This document shows, piece after piece, positions 1-12,581 of a stretch of DNA of 64,000 bases. Source of the DNA: Octopus sinensis (taxonomy: Eukaryota). The notes beneath the pieces were generated by a model. The model ran no database searches, had not been told where the DNA came from, and saw only the letters and a list, made by a program, of their open reading frames with translations. The stretch's first letter is position 1, and every line of letters begins with the position of its first letter. Made by a program: the position numbers and the translations under genes. The stretch covers positions 10,726,001-10,790,000 of the forward strand of contig NC_043014.1 of the NCBI RefSeq assembly GCF_006345805.1, read 5' to 3'.

Positions 1-1352
1 ACGATATGTTAGACAATTATAGTCTTAGATCTACAAAAACGATGGACGGTTCGGCTAAAAAGAAAATAAATCTTACGATTTTAATTGTACTCTGTCAGTG
101 CTGAACTGTTTTTACAAAACGATGCCATACAGTTTGAATTATATAATTATTGAATGGGTGAGATTAACTACAACATATAAAAAAAAAGTTGCTTTTGTAA
201 GATATTTTCCATGGATACGATCTTCCTTTTACAGTGCATGTAGTATAAATCTAATTAGATTGCTATTTTTCTTCTGTTGATAATTTTCTTAGCTAAGAAA
301 AGTAATAGATGTTATCTCTTAGATTTAAGGAGTGGGATAAGTGAGAGATATAATCTGTATAGTTTCGCTTTAAAATGTGTAGGTGTCCGTGATAGAAGTT
401 ACTTAATAGATAAGAACACTGGCTTGATTCTACGTTCGGCACCGATTACACTTTCGTATTTATTGATGTCTTTAGATATAAATTAAATCACGTTAACTAC
501 TGCGTACGTTTCTGCCTCAAGGTCGCAAACATTTACAGAAGTGAAATGGTATCAACGAAGAAGCGACCCCTCACATGAAACACAACTGGATAAAACGGAA
601 TAGTCAAGATATTGGTTCCTTATAAAGGCCCAAATCAGAGCTTTTGCCGGTCGGAGACTTTAGTATTGGCCAAATATAAACTAGAGTTAAATACGGAAAT
701 CAAATGGATGGAAGCCAACATTAATTTTTAATATAAGCGTAAGGCCACAAATTTTAGGAGGATATTATCTTTCACTTGTTTCGGTCATTAGACTGCGGCC
801 ATGCTGGGGAACCACCTTGAAAGAAGTGGCCAGCAATCGCTATAGAGAATCGAAATTTGTATCTCCCAAATTCAAGTTGAGCACTCTGTTTTGTTGTTGT
901 TTGATCCTGTCTGGCTTGGATATTAATAGACTAATGACGCCAAACAGGTCATAATGAAGATGAACTATCACTGAGTGGAATATGTTTTCACTTATAAATA
1001 TTTAATAAATGTTATTTCTATTCAGATTAAGAGACTTGAAGCTTATCTGACATGTAATACGTTTTTAAATTTGCTTTATGAAAAATCATATGCATTTAGT
1101 TATTTGCATGTTATTGACACGCCCACGTAGAAACGGAAATTTATCCTGCATCGCAATTTTATTTCTTAACTTAATCGTGGTTCAAATCATTATACCTGAG
1201 AAAGTGAAGGAACGATAACGTTATTACATATGCGGCATATATTGCATATGTAGCATAACGTTGTATGTAATATGGAATAAATGACGTTCGTTTACAGAAA
1301 CGTTTGTAGTGTCGAGTGGGCTTCTCTTTTCCTCAGTTAAATTAGTTATTAT

Positions 1353-1531
1353 TTACTCTGTGAAGAATATAACATGCCTGCTGGATATACATATATCGAA
1401 ATCGCGAAGTGTTCCTTTTATCATTAACTGAAGTAGAACTGGTCTTTCTTCTGTTATTGGAACACTTATATTAGCCAAGTTCTTGCATGAAGTTCTGATG
1501 TGATCAATGAACGCCTTGATTATACTTATCC
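1353..1531 (-). CDS. Possible terminal exon of an unknown minus-strand gene (ISIIKAFIDHIRTSCKNLANISVPITEERPVLLQLMIKGTLRDFDICISSRHVIFFTE*)
   Basis: Non-repetitive open frame of about 60 aa after ttgcAG; no recognisable domain. Confidence 0.25.
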
Positions 1532-1559
1532 CTGCAATTATTACACACCTACACACACC

Positions 1560-2163
<604 letters not shown>

Positions 2164-2627
2164 ATACGTGGAGAGACGGATGCAGTGAATTAGTGTGAAA
2201 GTGGCTGAGAATTCCACAAACGCGTTTAACATTACCGAAATTTTTTACCATATATGCGGCTGTGTACTATCATTGATGTATAATATATAGCGATTCATTC
2301 ATACTTCTATCCTTGGCACACGAGACAGGAATTTTTTTTTAAAAACGGATAAAGTACCTTTTGGGATCATATAGACTCATAGGATCGATTTTTCAGATTC
2401 ACTGGTGTATATATTCCCCACCTGGATGGGAGGCCAGTCCATCCAAGCAATATTCATTTTGCCAGGTAACTGAACTGAAAGAACATGAAATGAAATATTT
2501 TGTTCAGGAACACAACGCATCGCCCGGTCCAGGAACCGAAACCACAATCTTACGATCACCATCAAGTCACGCTCCTCCACTAAAACAAGAAATATTCTCT
2601 CGTTGAGATAATCTAAAGACAACATAT

Positions 2628-3210
2628 ATTTCTTTACTACCCACAAGGGGCTAAACACAGAAGGGACAAACAAGGACAGACGAAGGGATTAAGTCGATTA
2701 TATCGACCCCAGTACGTAACTGGTACTTAATTTATCGACCCCGAAAGGATGAAAGGCAAAGTCGACCTCGGCAGTATTTGAACTCAGAGCGTAAAGACAG
2801 ACGAAATACCACTAAGCATTTCGCCCGCTCCGTACCCTAAGGGCATATTCTGGCAATCGTTACCATTTATCTCGCTCGTCCTTACTCTACCATCCCATCT
2901 ATGCTCTGATCTCCATTCCTTGTGAGTATACCCTAGCACTTCACCACCATCCCTCTCCTGCTCTCTCTTGCATTCTTATTTCTTTATTGCCAACAAGGGG
3001 CTAAACACAGAAGGGACAAACAAGGACAGACGAAGGGATTAAGTCGATTATATCGACCCCAGTACGTAACTGGTACTTAATTTATTCGACCCCGAAAGGA
3101 TGAAAGGCAAAGTCGACCTCGGCGGAATTTGAACTCGGAAAGTAACGACAGACGAAATACGGCTACGCATTTCGCCCGGCGTGCTAACGTTTCTGCCAGC
3201 TCGCCGCCTT
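2628..3210 (-). mobile_element. SINE family A composite (two copies plus a spacer) inside a 16-bp TSD
   Basis: Body gcctttcatcctttcggggtcgataaattaagtacc (Meta-domain-like); TCTAAAGACAACATAT at 2612-2627 and 3212-3227. Confidence 0.85.
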
Positions 3211-3560
3211 TTCTAAAGACAACATATGTTAAGTAACGATTGCATGTGAAGCCTTCTAAACGGCATTATCATTTCTTAGCAGACAGACATTATTTCAACG
3301 AGATAAGCCTCAACTGTTTTTACATTGTAATCAAACACTTGTACTTCTTTAACAGTTCGATGTTCATATAAATGGCGGTGCCCCAGCATGGCCACAGCTC
3401 GTGAGCTGAAACTAGATAAAATAAAAATTTTTTAAAAATATATAATTGAAAGCTTATTACATAGTTTGTTGGAGTCTTCATCTTGGAACTTCATTCCGTG
3501 TTGATAATTGAATATTCTGAGAGATTCTTTTTTTCTGTATATGGTTTCTGTGTCGAGATA

Positions 3561-3930
3561 TCTCTCTCTATATAAACGGCAGTTTGTCTGTGCGTTTTCT
3601 GTGTGTCTGTTTTCTCGTACCCTCACCCTGACCACGGCTTTCAACCGATTCTGATGAAACTTGACACACACATAGCCCAATGTCAAATTCAAAACTAACG
3701 CAGCGAAAATTTTGAAAGTTCCCCCAGTTCTGAAAAAAATCGATAAATTCGACATGGGGGTCGAGAATCAGAAACCCAAACCACAGACCGTCTAGGGGAC
3801 GCAACTCCACCTTTTTAACTCTCAAAAAAATTTACCATCATTTTTTTTCCATTTTTTGGCTATAACTCTCTAAAAATGCTTTATAGTTATTTCCCTTACA
3901 AACCTGAGCAACGCCGGGCGATACTGCTAG
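3561..3930 (+). mobile_element. Non-autonomous Helitron
   Basis: 5' TC, subterminal hairpin (cctgagcaacgccggg), 3' CTAG; inserted between A and T. Confidence 0.85.
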
Positions 3931-4109
3931 TTTACTATAATTTCTAAATATTTCTTAGATACACAGGCGCACGCATGGCTGTGTAGTTAAGGAACTCGCT
4001 GCACAAAAATCTGGTTGGGTAAGAAGAGTTTTCTACTGCCAACCAATGCTTTGTGAGTGAATTTGGTAGAGGGGGAAACTGCATAGAAGCCCGTGGTATA
4101 TGTATATAT

Positions 4110-4159
<50 letters not shown>

Positions 4160-4321
4160 ATATAATATATATATTATATATATATATATATTATATATAT
4201 ATATATTATATATATATATATAATTATTTGAGGGAATATAAATCCAAATTTACAGGAAAAAAAAAATTCAATTTCTAAATACTAAATCAAATTTCACACA
4301 ATATAATATATATATATATAA

Positions 4322-4547
4322 AATTAGAAAAAAACACCTTTTATCAATTCAAAATGAGCAATTAAATTACACCATCTAGAAAATTACATATAATAGAAAT
4401 ATTAAAATTAAAATAACAATAAAATATCAATGATTAAGTAAATTGCAAAAAAAAAAATAAAAACGTATATAATTGGTAGAATATTTCTATTTTCTAGATG
4501 GTGTAATTTAATTGTTCCTTTTGAATTGATAAAAGGTGTTTTTTTCC

Positions 4548-4551
<4 letters not shown>
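4322..4551. repeat. Inverted repeat with arms of about 60 bp
   Basis: aaaacaccttttatcaattcaaaa...ttacaccatctagaaa is mirrored by tttctagatggtgtaa...ttttgaattgataaaaggtgtttt. Confidence 0.8.
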
Positions 4552-4586
<35 letters not shown>

Positions 4587-4714
4587 AAGTTAACACGGTA
4601 TCTTGACAAGCATGCACGACTGAGAACATTGCAAGCCAAGCTTTCCCTGATTCACTACGCTAGTACTGCGCCTTCGAGTTGCACGCTCGAATTGCTGAGC
4701 GCCGTCCATCTGTA

Positions 4715-5135
4715 ATGACATCGCTCCTTTACTCATGTGAGACATGGACCTTTTACAAACGTCATGTAAAGGTCCTTGAACGGTTCCATCAGAGATGTCT
4801 GAGACATATTCTGAATGTTGGCTGGACCTTAAAAACTCCAGACACGTAGGTCTTGAGGAAAGCTGATATCTTGAGGACTGAGGCGATGGACACCTTCTTA
4901 GAATGAAGGATAGCAGTATCTCTAAACAGATGCTATATGTGGAACTTGTTAGTGGAAAGAGAGCCCGGCAGAAACGAAGACTGCGATTTAAGGACTGTGT
5001 CAAGTCCTCGTTAAAGGCCTGTGATATGCAGAAAACCGATTGGGTAAGTAATGCCTGTCATCGTCAAATATAGGGGGAGCAGGCTAAAGAGGGGTCTACA
5101 GCTTTGAAAAAGCACGTATCCTTCATGAAGAGACA
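4715..5135 (+). mobile_element. RTE-clade LINE, 3' ORF2 fragment
   Basis: Translates as SLLYSCETWTFYKRHVKVLERFHQRCLRHILNVGW, a typical RTE C-terminal motif; frameshifted. Confidence 0.8.
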
Positions 5136-5141
5136 TAAATA

Positions 5142-6375
5142 TATTAATTTGGCAATTAAGTTCCCGCCGTTTTTTAAATTTAAATTTTTTAAAAGACTTA
5201 ATAAAAAAATTAACTAATTAATTAATAATATATTTACAACTTCTTCCCAACGTTCAACAAGACTTTCAATACCTCATTGGTAGAAATCACTCGATTTCGA
5301 TTCGAAAAGTTGATCTAACCAAGCTTTCAATCCTGCATCAGTATTGAACGAAACTCCGCGCATAGTATTTGAAAGAGATCGAAAGAGGTGGAAATCCATT
5401 GGTGCCAAATCAGGAGAGTACGGCGATGTGGCAGCACTTTCTTGGTCATATTGGCGATATGAAGGCGGGCGTTGTTGTGCAGCAGAAGAATTCCATGCTG
5501 ACAATTAGGTCTTTTCTCTTGAATAGCCGTGTTGAGTCGTTCCATCAGTTGAACATAGAGTTCCGCGTTGACCGTTTGGTTCCGTTCAAGCAATTCGTAA
5601 TGGATAATCTCTTCCCAGTCCCACCATACACAAAACATCGTTTTATGCAGATGAAGATCTTGTTTCACGCGCGGTGTCACTTGTTTACCGGGGCTAAGCC
5701 ATTCCTTACACTGCTTCATATTGATGTACAGGCACCATCTTTCATCGCCAGTAACGATTTGGTAAAGAAATCGTTGCTTGTGTCCATGAGTTGAGCGGTG
5801 ACGAGCAAGCAAACCAGCGGAGATTGTGGCTCGTTGATTTTTGTTGTTGTCACGTAAAGCATGCGGAACGCATGTTCCATACTTCTGAACCTTTCCCATC
5901 GAATGAAGATGCTTCTCTATAACAGTGTGGGAGCATTCCATTTTCTCTACCAGTTACCTTGTCGTTTGACGAAAATTTTCGTGCAAAAGTTGGTTTAATC
6001 GTTCTTCATCGAACTCAACTGGACAGCCTGAACGAGGTGCGTCTTTGAGGTCAAAATTTCCATTTTTTAACTTGGCATACCAATCACGAGCGGTTCTTTC
6101 AGCTATGGCACCGTCTCTATACATAGCACAAATGTCGCGAGCAGCTCTTGCGGCCTTAGAACCTTGATTAAAAGTAAAAAGAAGGGGGTGTCGAAAATAC
6201 TCATTTTTTTAAACGTGACATTCCATTTTAATGATCTGAAAATAAACAAAATTTAACTATAATTAACTTGAAAAAATCCAAATAGATTCCAAAATGATTC
6301 AAAAACAGAATTCTTGAAACAAATAAATTCCAAATTTAAAAACGCAATGGCGGGAACTTAGTTGCCAACCCAATA
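5142..6375 (-). mobile_element. Full-length decayed mariner transposon, mellifera-subfamily-like
   Basis: TIRs tattgggttggcaactaagttcccgcc at both ends; transposase with CVPHAL, TGDERW and YSPDLAPMD motifs. Confidence 0.9.
5220..6226 (-). pseudogene. Mariner transposase pseudogene
   Basis: ORF pieces 5327-5941 and 5274-5504 lie in different frames; the second catalytic Asp reads HNNAR. Confidence 0.85.
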
Positions 6376-6380
6376 CATAT

Positions 6381-6440
<60 letters not shown>

Positions 6441-6458
6441 TATATATATATACATACA

Positions 6459-6491
<33 letters not shown>

Positions 6492-6548
6492 GTATATATT
6501 TATATGTATATATATATATATATGTATATGTATATATATATACACATG

Positions 6549-6586
<38 letters not shown>

Positions 6587-6989
6587 TTTATACATATGTA
6601 TATATATAAATATGTAATATACATACATATGTATGTATATATAAATATATATATATATACATATATATACATAAATACATAAATGACGGGCTGTTACATA
6701 GCTTCCGTCTATCAAATTCACCCGCAACGCATTGTTGGTCGACACGAAGCTATCATAAAAGACACTTACTAAAAGTGCCGTGCAGTGGGATTGAATCTGA
6801 AAACATGTGGTTGCAAAGTGTGCTTCTTTACCACAGCGTCACGTCTATGTATTTTCAAATGTTTTTAACCTATTTCTCTCATCCACCCGCCTTTATTTAA
6901 CTGTTCCATCCCACATGTATTTGCAACTCTCCTTTGCAACGTACAATACGTATAATTGTTTCTCTTTGACACAATAAGATACATTGTGA

Positions 6990-7031
<42 letters not shown>

Positions 7032-7269
7032 GTTGTTACTTTTGCAGCGGATGTTGTCGTTGTTGTTATTATTATTTAATATTATCTGCGGACAATTTGT
7101 TTTTCAAATTGTCAATAACAACCACAGTACATATTGTTCTGGGTGTAAACACAAACCGAACAGCAAAAAAATATTTTATTTTGCAAACGTACTTTCAAGG
7201 AAAAAAAAATCTCGTATGGAGCATTTGGCTGAAAGATTGAAAACCTGAAAACACTTTTTCCTTTTTTTG

Positions 7270-7652
7270 TCCTTGTTTCAGTCATCTTGACTGCGGCCAT
7301 GCTGGAGCACCGCCTTTAATCGAGCAACTCGACCCCGGGACTTATTCTTTTGTAAGCCCAGTACTTATTCTTATCGGTCTCTTTTGCCGAACCGCTAAGT
7401 AATGGGGACATAAACACACCAGCATCGGTTGTCAAACAATGCTAGGGGGGACAAACACAGACACACACATATATATATACATATATACGACGGGCTTCTT
7501 TCAGTTTCCGTCAACCAAATCCACTCACAAGGCTTTGGTCGGCCCGAGGCTATAGTAGAAGACACTTGCCCAAGGTGCCACGTAGTGGGACTGAACCCGG
7601 AACCATGTGGTTGGTAAGCAAGCTACTTACTACACAGCCACTCCTGCGCCTG
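7270..7652 (-). mobile_element. SINE family B (tRNA head, CORE-like ttgggcaagtgtcttc)
   Basis: Matches many other copies in the window, e.g. 21295-21780, 21850-22250, 59000-59395. Confidence 0.85.
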
Positions 7653-7797
7653 TTTATCGAATTGTGACCAACCTTCCGCAGTCAATTACAGATGTCGCTG
7701 AGAGGAAACAAGTAACATACATCAGTGCTGCGAAGAACAAAACAGGCTTCCTTCTGTTCTCCAAACAAAAGTGGGAGATAATCCTGGAAAAATTTCC

Positions 7798-8214
7798 GGA
7801 TCTTTTCGGTTTGAACGGCAGTTTTTAAGATAATTTCTAGGTAACTAAAAAAATTTAAACTTCGTATACTGGTAGAATGTGTTTATAAAACATCTTTTTC
7901 TCTTGGCTTTATTGAGAAAATTCTATAATTTGTAAGATATTTGTTGTTGTTTTTCTTCAATTTCTGTAATTTCAACCAATCATTGACGTCTATTGAGGTA
8001 AAAAAATATTCTGTGCCGTATGAATATGTCCCTCGTTTAAGAAACAGATTGGGTTTATTTACATTTGTGAAGAAAAGATGATACCCTTCTCCCCAACCCT
8101 AACCCTAACCCTAAAACAGATTGCAATGCAATAGATCGATACTAGGGTCATAATTATGGGTGACAATTTCATATGACACCGCTAGAAAAACTGCCGTTCA
8201 AACCGAAAAGATCC
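7798..8214. mobile_element. MITE with about 28-bp TIRs and internal (CCCTAA)n
   Basis: TIR ggatcttttcggtttgaacggcagtttt at both ends; near-TSD aaaatttc; inverted copy at 31450. Confidence 0.85.
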
Positions 8215-8333
8215 AAAATTTCAAGTATAGTATTTTTCATTAAGAGAGGAAGTCCTTGTACCATTCATTATGTGTTAACTGTACAACAGAGGACGCGACG
8301 AAAGCACCACGATACGACACAACCACCTCATAT

Positions 8334-8568
8334 ATATTTCTTTACTACCCACAAGGGGCTAAACACAGAGGGGACAAACAAAGACAGACAAAGGGATTAA
8401 GTCGACTACATCGACTCCAGTGCGTAATTGGTACTTAATTTATCGACCCCGAAAGGATGAAAGGCAAAGTCGACCTCGGCGGAATTTGAACTCGGAACGT
8501 AACGACAGACGAAATACGGCTACGAATTTCGCCCGGCGTGCTAACGTTTCTGCCAGCTCGCCGCCTTT
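8334..8568 (-). mobile_element. SINE family A, full-length
   Basis: Flanked by the TSD caaccacctcatata. Confidence 0.9.
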
Positions 8569-8638
8569 CAACCACCTCATATAAACTGGTTCTGCATAAT
8601 TTCGGAAGAGAAAATACAATGGCCACTGTCAGGATTGT

Positions 8639-8945
8639 GTGGAGGTGCAATGGCCCAGTGGTTAGGGCAGCTGACTCGCGGTCGGAGGATCGCGGTTTCG
8701 ATTCCCAGACCGGGCGTTGTGTGTGTTTATTGAGCGAAAACACCTGAAGCTCCACGAGGCTCCGGCAGGGGGTAGTGGCGACCCCCTGTTGTACTCTTTC
8801 GCCACAACTTTCTCTCACTCTTTCTTCCTGTTTCTTGAGTAACGCTGCGATGGACTTGCGTCCTGTCCAGCTGGAGGGAACACATACGCCTCAGAAACCA
8901 TGAAACCGGGCACATGAGCCTGGCTACGCTTGAAAAGGGCGCATA
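8639..8945 (+). mobile_element. SINE family C (tRNA-Arg-like head)
   Basis: A box tggcccagtggtt and B box gtttcgattcc; at least 7 copies in the window. Confidence 0.85.
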
Positions 8946-8999
8946 AATAATTTTAAAAAACCGTCAGGATTATCGGTGATGATGTCGACATTCAGTAAG

Positions 9000-10480
9000 T
9001 AGTCACCTCTGTTGCACAATATAAACCGGTGACCTGGACAGATATAACATTTGGCGACACGTTGCTCTGATATGGTCAATCCACACACTTTAATTGAAAG
9101 ATGTTTGTGAGAGATCTGGATAGACTTACAATAGACTATTTCACTAGGGCCCAACAATCTGGCACCATCTACAGAGTCGATCGAGACAGAAACTAGGCTC
9201 CCGAATGCCCAGCGAGTCGTTCGCGGCGCATAAAATTTATACAGCGAGGATTTGCGCGTTAGTTATGGGACACTGTGGCATTCTGAAGAAGGCGAAAAGA
9301 ATAGAATCGATAGCTTTTATCCAGGAACTAGCGATAGAAATAATTAAATAAGAGCGAGACTTAGTGAGTAAAAGCTAATTCAAAAAGGCCTCACAACCGA
9401 CATGACAGAACCAAGATGGACTTTGACTGATTGTTTCGATGGTCGCGGATGGCAGAAACACAAACTGCCAACAAAGTCACAATCCGACATTTAGCGTGTT
9501 CTGAACGATTTAAAGCACTTTGCGCAACTGTTCGGGGCGTCTAGAGGGTCTCTGTGCTTACCTAGACGGCCTAGACCTAGATGGTCTGCTAATAACGCGA
9601 TAACAGAGATATGGGTGGTAGTAAGTGGTTGTACGAGGCGTAAATCAGCTGGTTTGAATGCTATACTCACCGATCTTAATGGCTATATACCAGCCTTTCT
9701 CGAGGATATCCTGGAAAATGTTTATTTTAATGGAAGCTGATCGGAGCATTCTCAGTTCTGTGTGCTGAAGAATGGTAGTTATGCTGACGGAGGACCAAAA
9801 CATATTAAGCGGAGAAAATCCCTGGAGAAGGACATCATGGAGTGATACACATTATGTCATCCCAGGATAGAACTGACTGGAGGACACTGATCCAACGAGT
9901 GACCGCGAGTCAACTTCGACTGAGCGGATAGAGAGAGAGAACTCTGCTGAATACAAATCTTAAGATTTTGGCCAAAGTACTGGCAATGACTTTGGTCTAA
10001 GTCAGCAAAAGAGTAGTCAGGAAAGCGGAGAAGTACGTGATCTTGATCAGGTGTATTCGTGACAACCTCCATCTCCTGTGAAACATTGTATAACGGGTGG
10101 ATAATAAGTCTGATTCCTTGGGAATCTGATTAATTTCCATAGAGTAATCTCTAGTCGGTGATGACAAAGAATTAGTTGGTACGTTCCGGAGAACTTCTGC
10201 CCCAGGGACTATGGACAATATCCAGAAAGTGCTACTGAGAAGCATTACCTTTTTGTGATAATCTCAATAGGTACGAAAGTGCTGTTCGAGCTGCGCGTTG
10301 TACGACGAAAACCGATCTGCACATACTTGCTCAGTGCCCGAGCATTGCTGACTGGTCGGGCTTTATCGAACAGCTTTTGTCATATATAGAACGGATCAGA
10401 CAATCGGACGATTCCATCGTGAAGGTTGCTTTGTCTGGTGACTATGGCGGAAGCGACTGGTAAGACTGAAGACGAGCACT
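9000..10480 (+). mobile_element. Decayed Tx1/L1-clade LINE ORF2 fragments with an RTE-like 3' tail at about 9740-9945
   Basis: HFAQLFG and GCTRRKSAGLN linker-like motifs; C-terminal CSSC..DE(T)DLHILAQCPSIA..FIEQLLS zinc knuckle (frameshifted). Confidence 0.55.
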
Positions 10481-11478
10481 TTCCTCCTCCACCAATTCCC
10501 CAGCACCAGTCAAATATTGGGGGTCTATGTAATCTACTAATCCTCCACCCACCACTAAAAATATTTCAGTCTTTGTACCTATAGTAGAAAGGATTCTAAT
10601 TATTATTTATCCATTACTTAATGAAGATTCAATGTTAATAGAAGAATGATCGCCAATTAAAAATATTTATTTTTATCTCTTTACAATGTATAAACTATAA
10701 TAGGCCATAATCATTACTTGATTCACTCTTTCTTTAGACTGTTACATTCTATATCTAGTTAGAAAGAAACAGGTTTTAAGAAGCAGCCTATCGCATGAGA
10801 AAGGGCAAGAAACAATTTATGCAATGCTAATAAGAGTGGCATTCCAATAGAAATAGACTGTACATTGAATAGCTAAAATAATTTGTTAATAAAGCGACAG
10901 CCACAAATCTGTTGCTGATAACATGTCGGTTAAATCACATTTATGAAATGACAAATGTTTCTCAAAAGCTAGTTAATCTAAACCAGCTATTAATATTCAG
11001 TTTTGGGTAACAAGACATTGTCAGTTTTCACTAATGTCTCCAATAATTTCTTTGGAGATCTGACAGTGATTTCAATTTCCTGTCGACATTTATAAAGATA
11101 TACAAATAGAAAACAGTCGGATGATAATTAAGAACAAGTAGATTCCGGATTCGTATTTTATCTTGTATTTGATTAACTGAATGGAATGTAGCTGGCTGCC
11201 AAACTTATTTAAAGTGTAAAGATGTTTGGCAGATAAAAGCAATTAATATTCTATAAACTCCATGTATCGAACTGCATGCGTTTCATTATCACGTGTTCGG
11301 CATCTATCTGGAGTATCATTTGCCTGTGTCTAGTTGGTGTCGTTTTTTATCATATTTTAGATGTACTTTTCTCATCAAAGGATGACATAATGTGTACTAT
11401 TAAACTTGGTACTATTTTTTATTATTTATTTTTTTTGCGATACAGATCAACTTTATTTATTATAATCATATACGAAAT

Positions 11479-11931
11479 AAGGCGGCGAGATGGCAGCGTT
11501 AGCGCGCCGGGCGAAATGCTTAGCGGTATTTCGTCTGCCGCTATGTTCTGAGTTCAAATTCAGCCGAGGTCGACTTTGCCTTTCATCCTTTCGGGGTCGA
11601 TAAATTAAGTACCAGTTGCATACTAGGGTCGATCTAATCGACTGACCTCCTCCCCAAAACTTTCGGGTCTTGTGCCTATAGTAAAAATGAATATTTTTAA
11701 GGCGGCAAGTTAGCAGAAACGTTAGCCCGTCGGGCGAAATGCTTAGCGGTATTTCGTATGCCGTTACGTTCTGAGTTCAAATTCTGCCGAGGTCGACTTT
11801 GCCTTTCATCCTTTCGGGGTTGATAAATAAAGTACCAGTTACGCACTGGAGTCGATATAGTCGACTTAATCCCTTTGCCTGTCTTTGTTTGTCCCCTCTA
11901 TGTTTAGCCCCTTTTGGGCAATAAAGAAATA
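11479..11931 (+). mobile_element. SINE family A heterodimer inside an 18-bp TSD
   Basis: tataatcatatacgaaat at 11461-11478 and 11932-11949. Confidence 0.85.
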
Positions 11932-12545
11932 TATAATCATATACGAAATTCTAACTCGCTTGGATGTAACAATATTTTTTCTGCCCTCTGACTGCAGCAA
12001 GCTGGCGGAATTGTTAGCACGCTAGGCAAAATGCTTCGCGGAAATTCGTCCTCTTTACGTTCTGAGTTCAAATCCCGCCGAGGTCAACTTTGCTTTTCAT
12101 CTCTTTCAGGGTTAATAAAATAAGTATCAGTTGAACACTGGGGTCGATGTAATCGACTTACACCCTCCCCCAAAATTTCTGGCCTTGTGCCAAAATTTAA
12201 AACCAGTAATTTACTGTCATTTATGTTTTACTACTTTCCGTTTTGGGGTTTGCAGTCATGCTGGGGCACCTTCTTGGAGGATTTTAGTCGAACAAATAGA
12301 CCCAGTTCTTATTTCATTTTTTAAACGCCGGTATCCAGTCTAGTGGTCTTTTTACAGAACCGTTAAGTTACGGGGACGTAAACAAACCAACACCGATTGT
12401 CAAGCCGTGCCTGGAAAAACAAACGCAAAGAAACACACAGACATATATAACTATAGGGAGAGTTTACGAAAAAAACAAAAGACGAAGACAGGTGGCGTAC
12501 AAAACAAACAGATGTATTAGTATGACGCTCAGGAATAGAAAAAGT

Positions 12546-12581
12546 CTTTTACGTTTCGAGCTTACGCTCTTCTACAGAAAG
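12546..12581 (-). ncRNA. Minimal hammerhead-like motif (variant core CUGUAGA) in a PLE-type repeat
   Basis: Minus strand reads CUUU-CUGUAGA-A-GAGC-guaa-GCUC-GAA-ACGU-A-AAAG; stems I and II pair and stem III is palindromic ACGU. Confidence 0.5.

Noticed and set aside
8639-8712. SINE heads as functional tRNA genes
   Set aside because: Acceptor stems are broken, and the heads run straight into SINE bodies in many divergent copies.
10990-11079. Minus-strand exon-like EIEITVRSPKKLLETLVKTDNVLLPKTEY*
   Set aside because: Weak polypyrimidine tract, only 29 codons, and no partner exon found.
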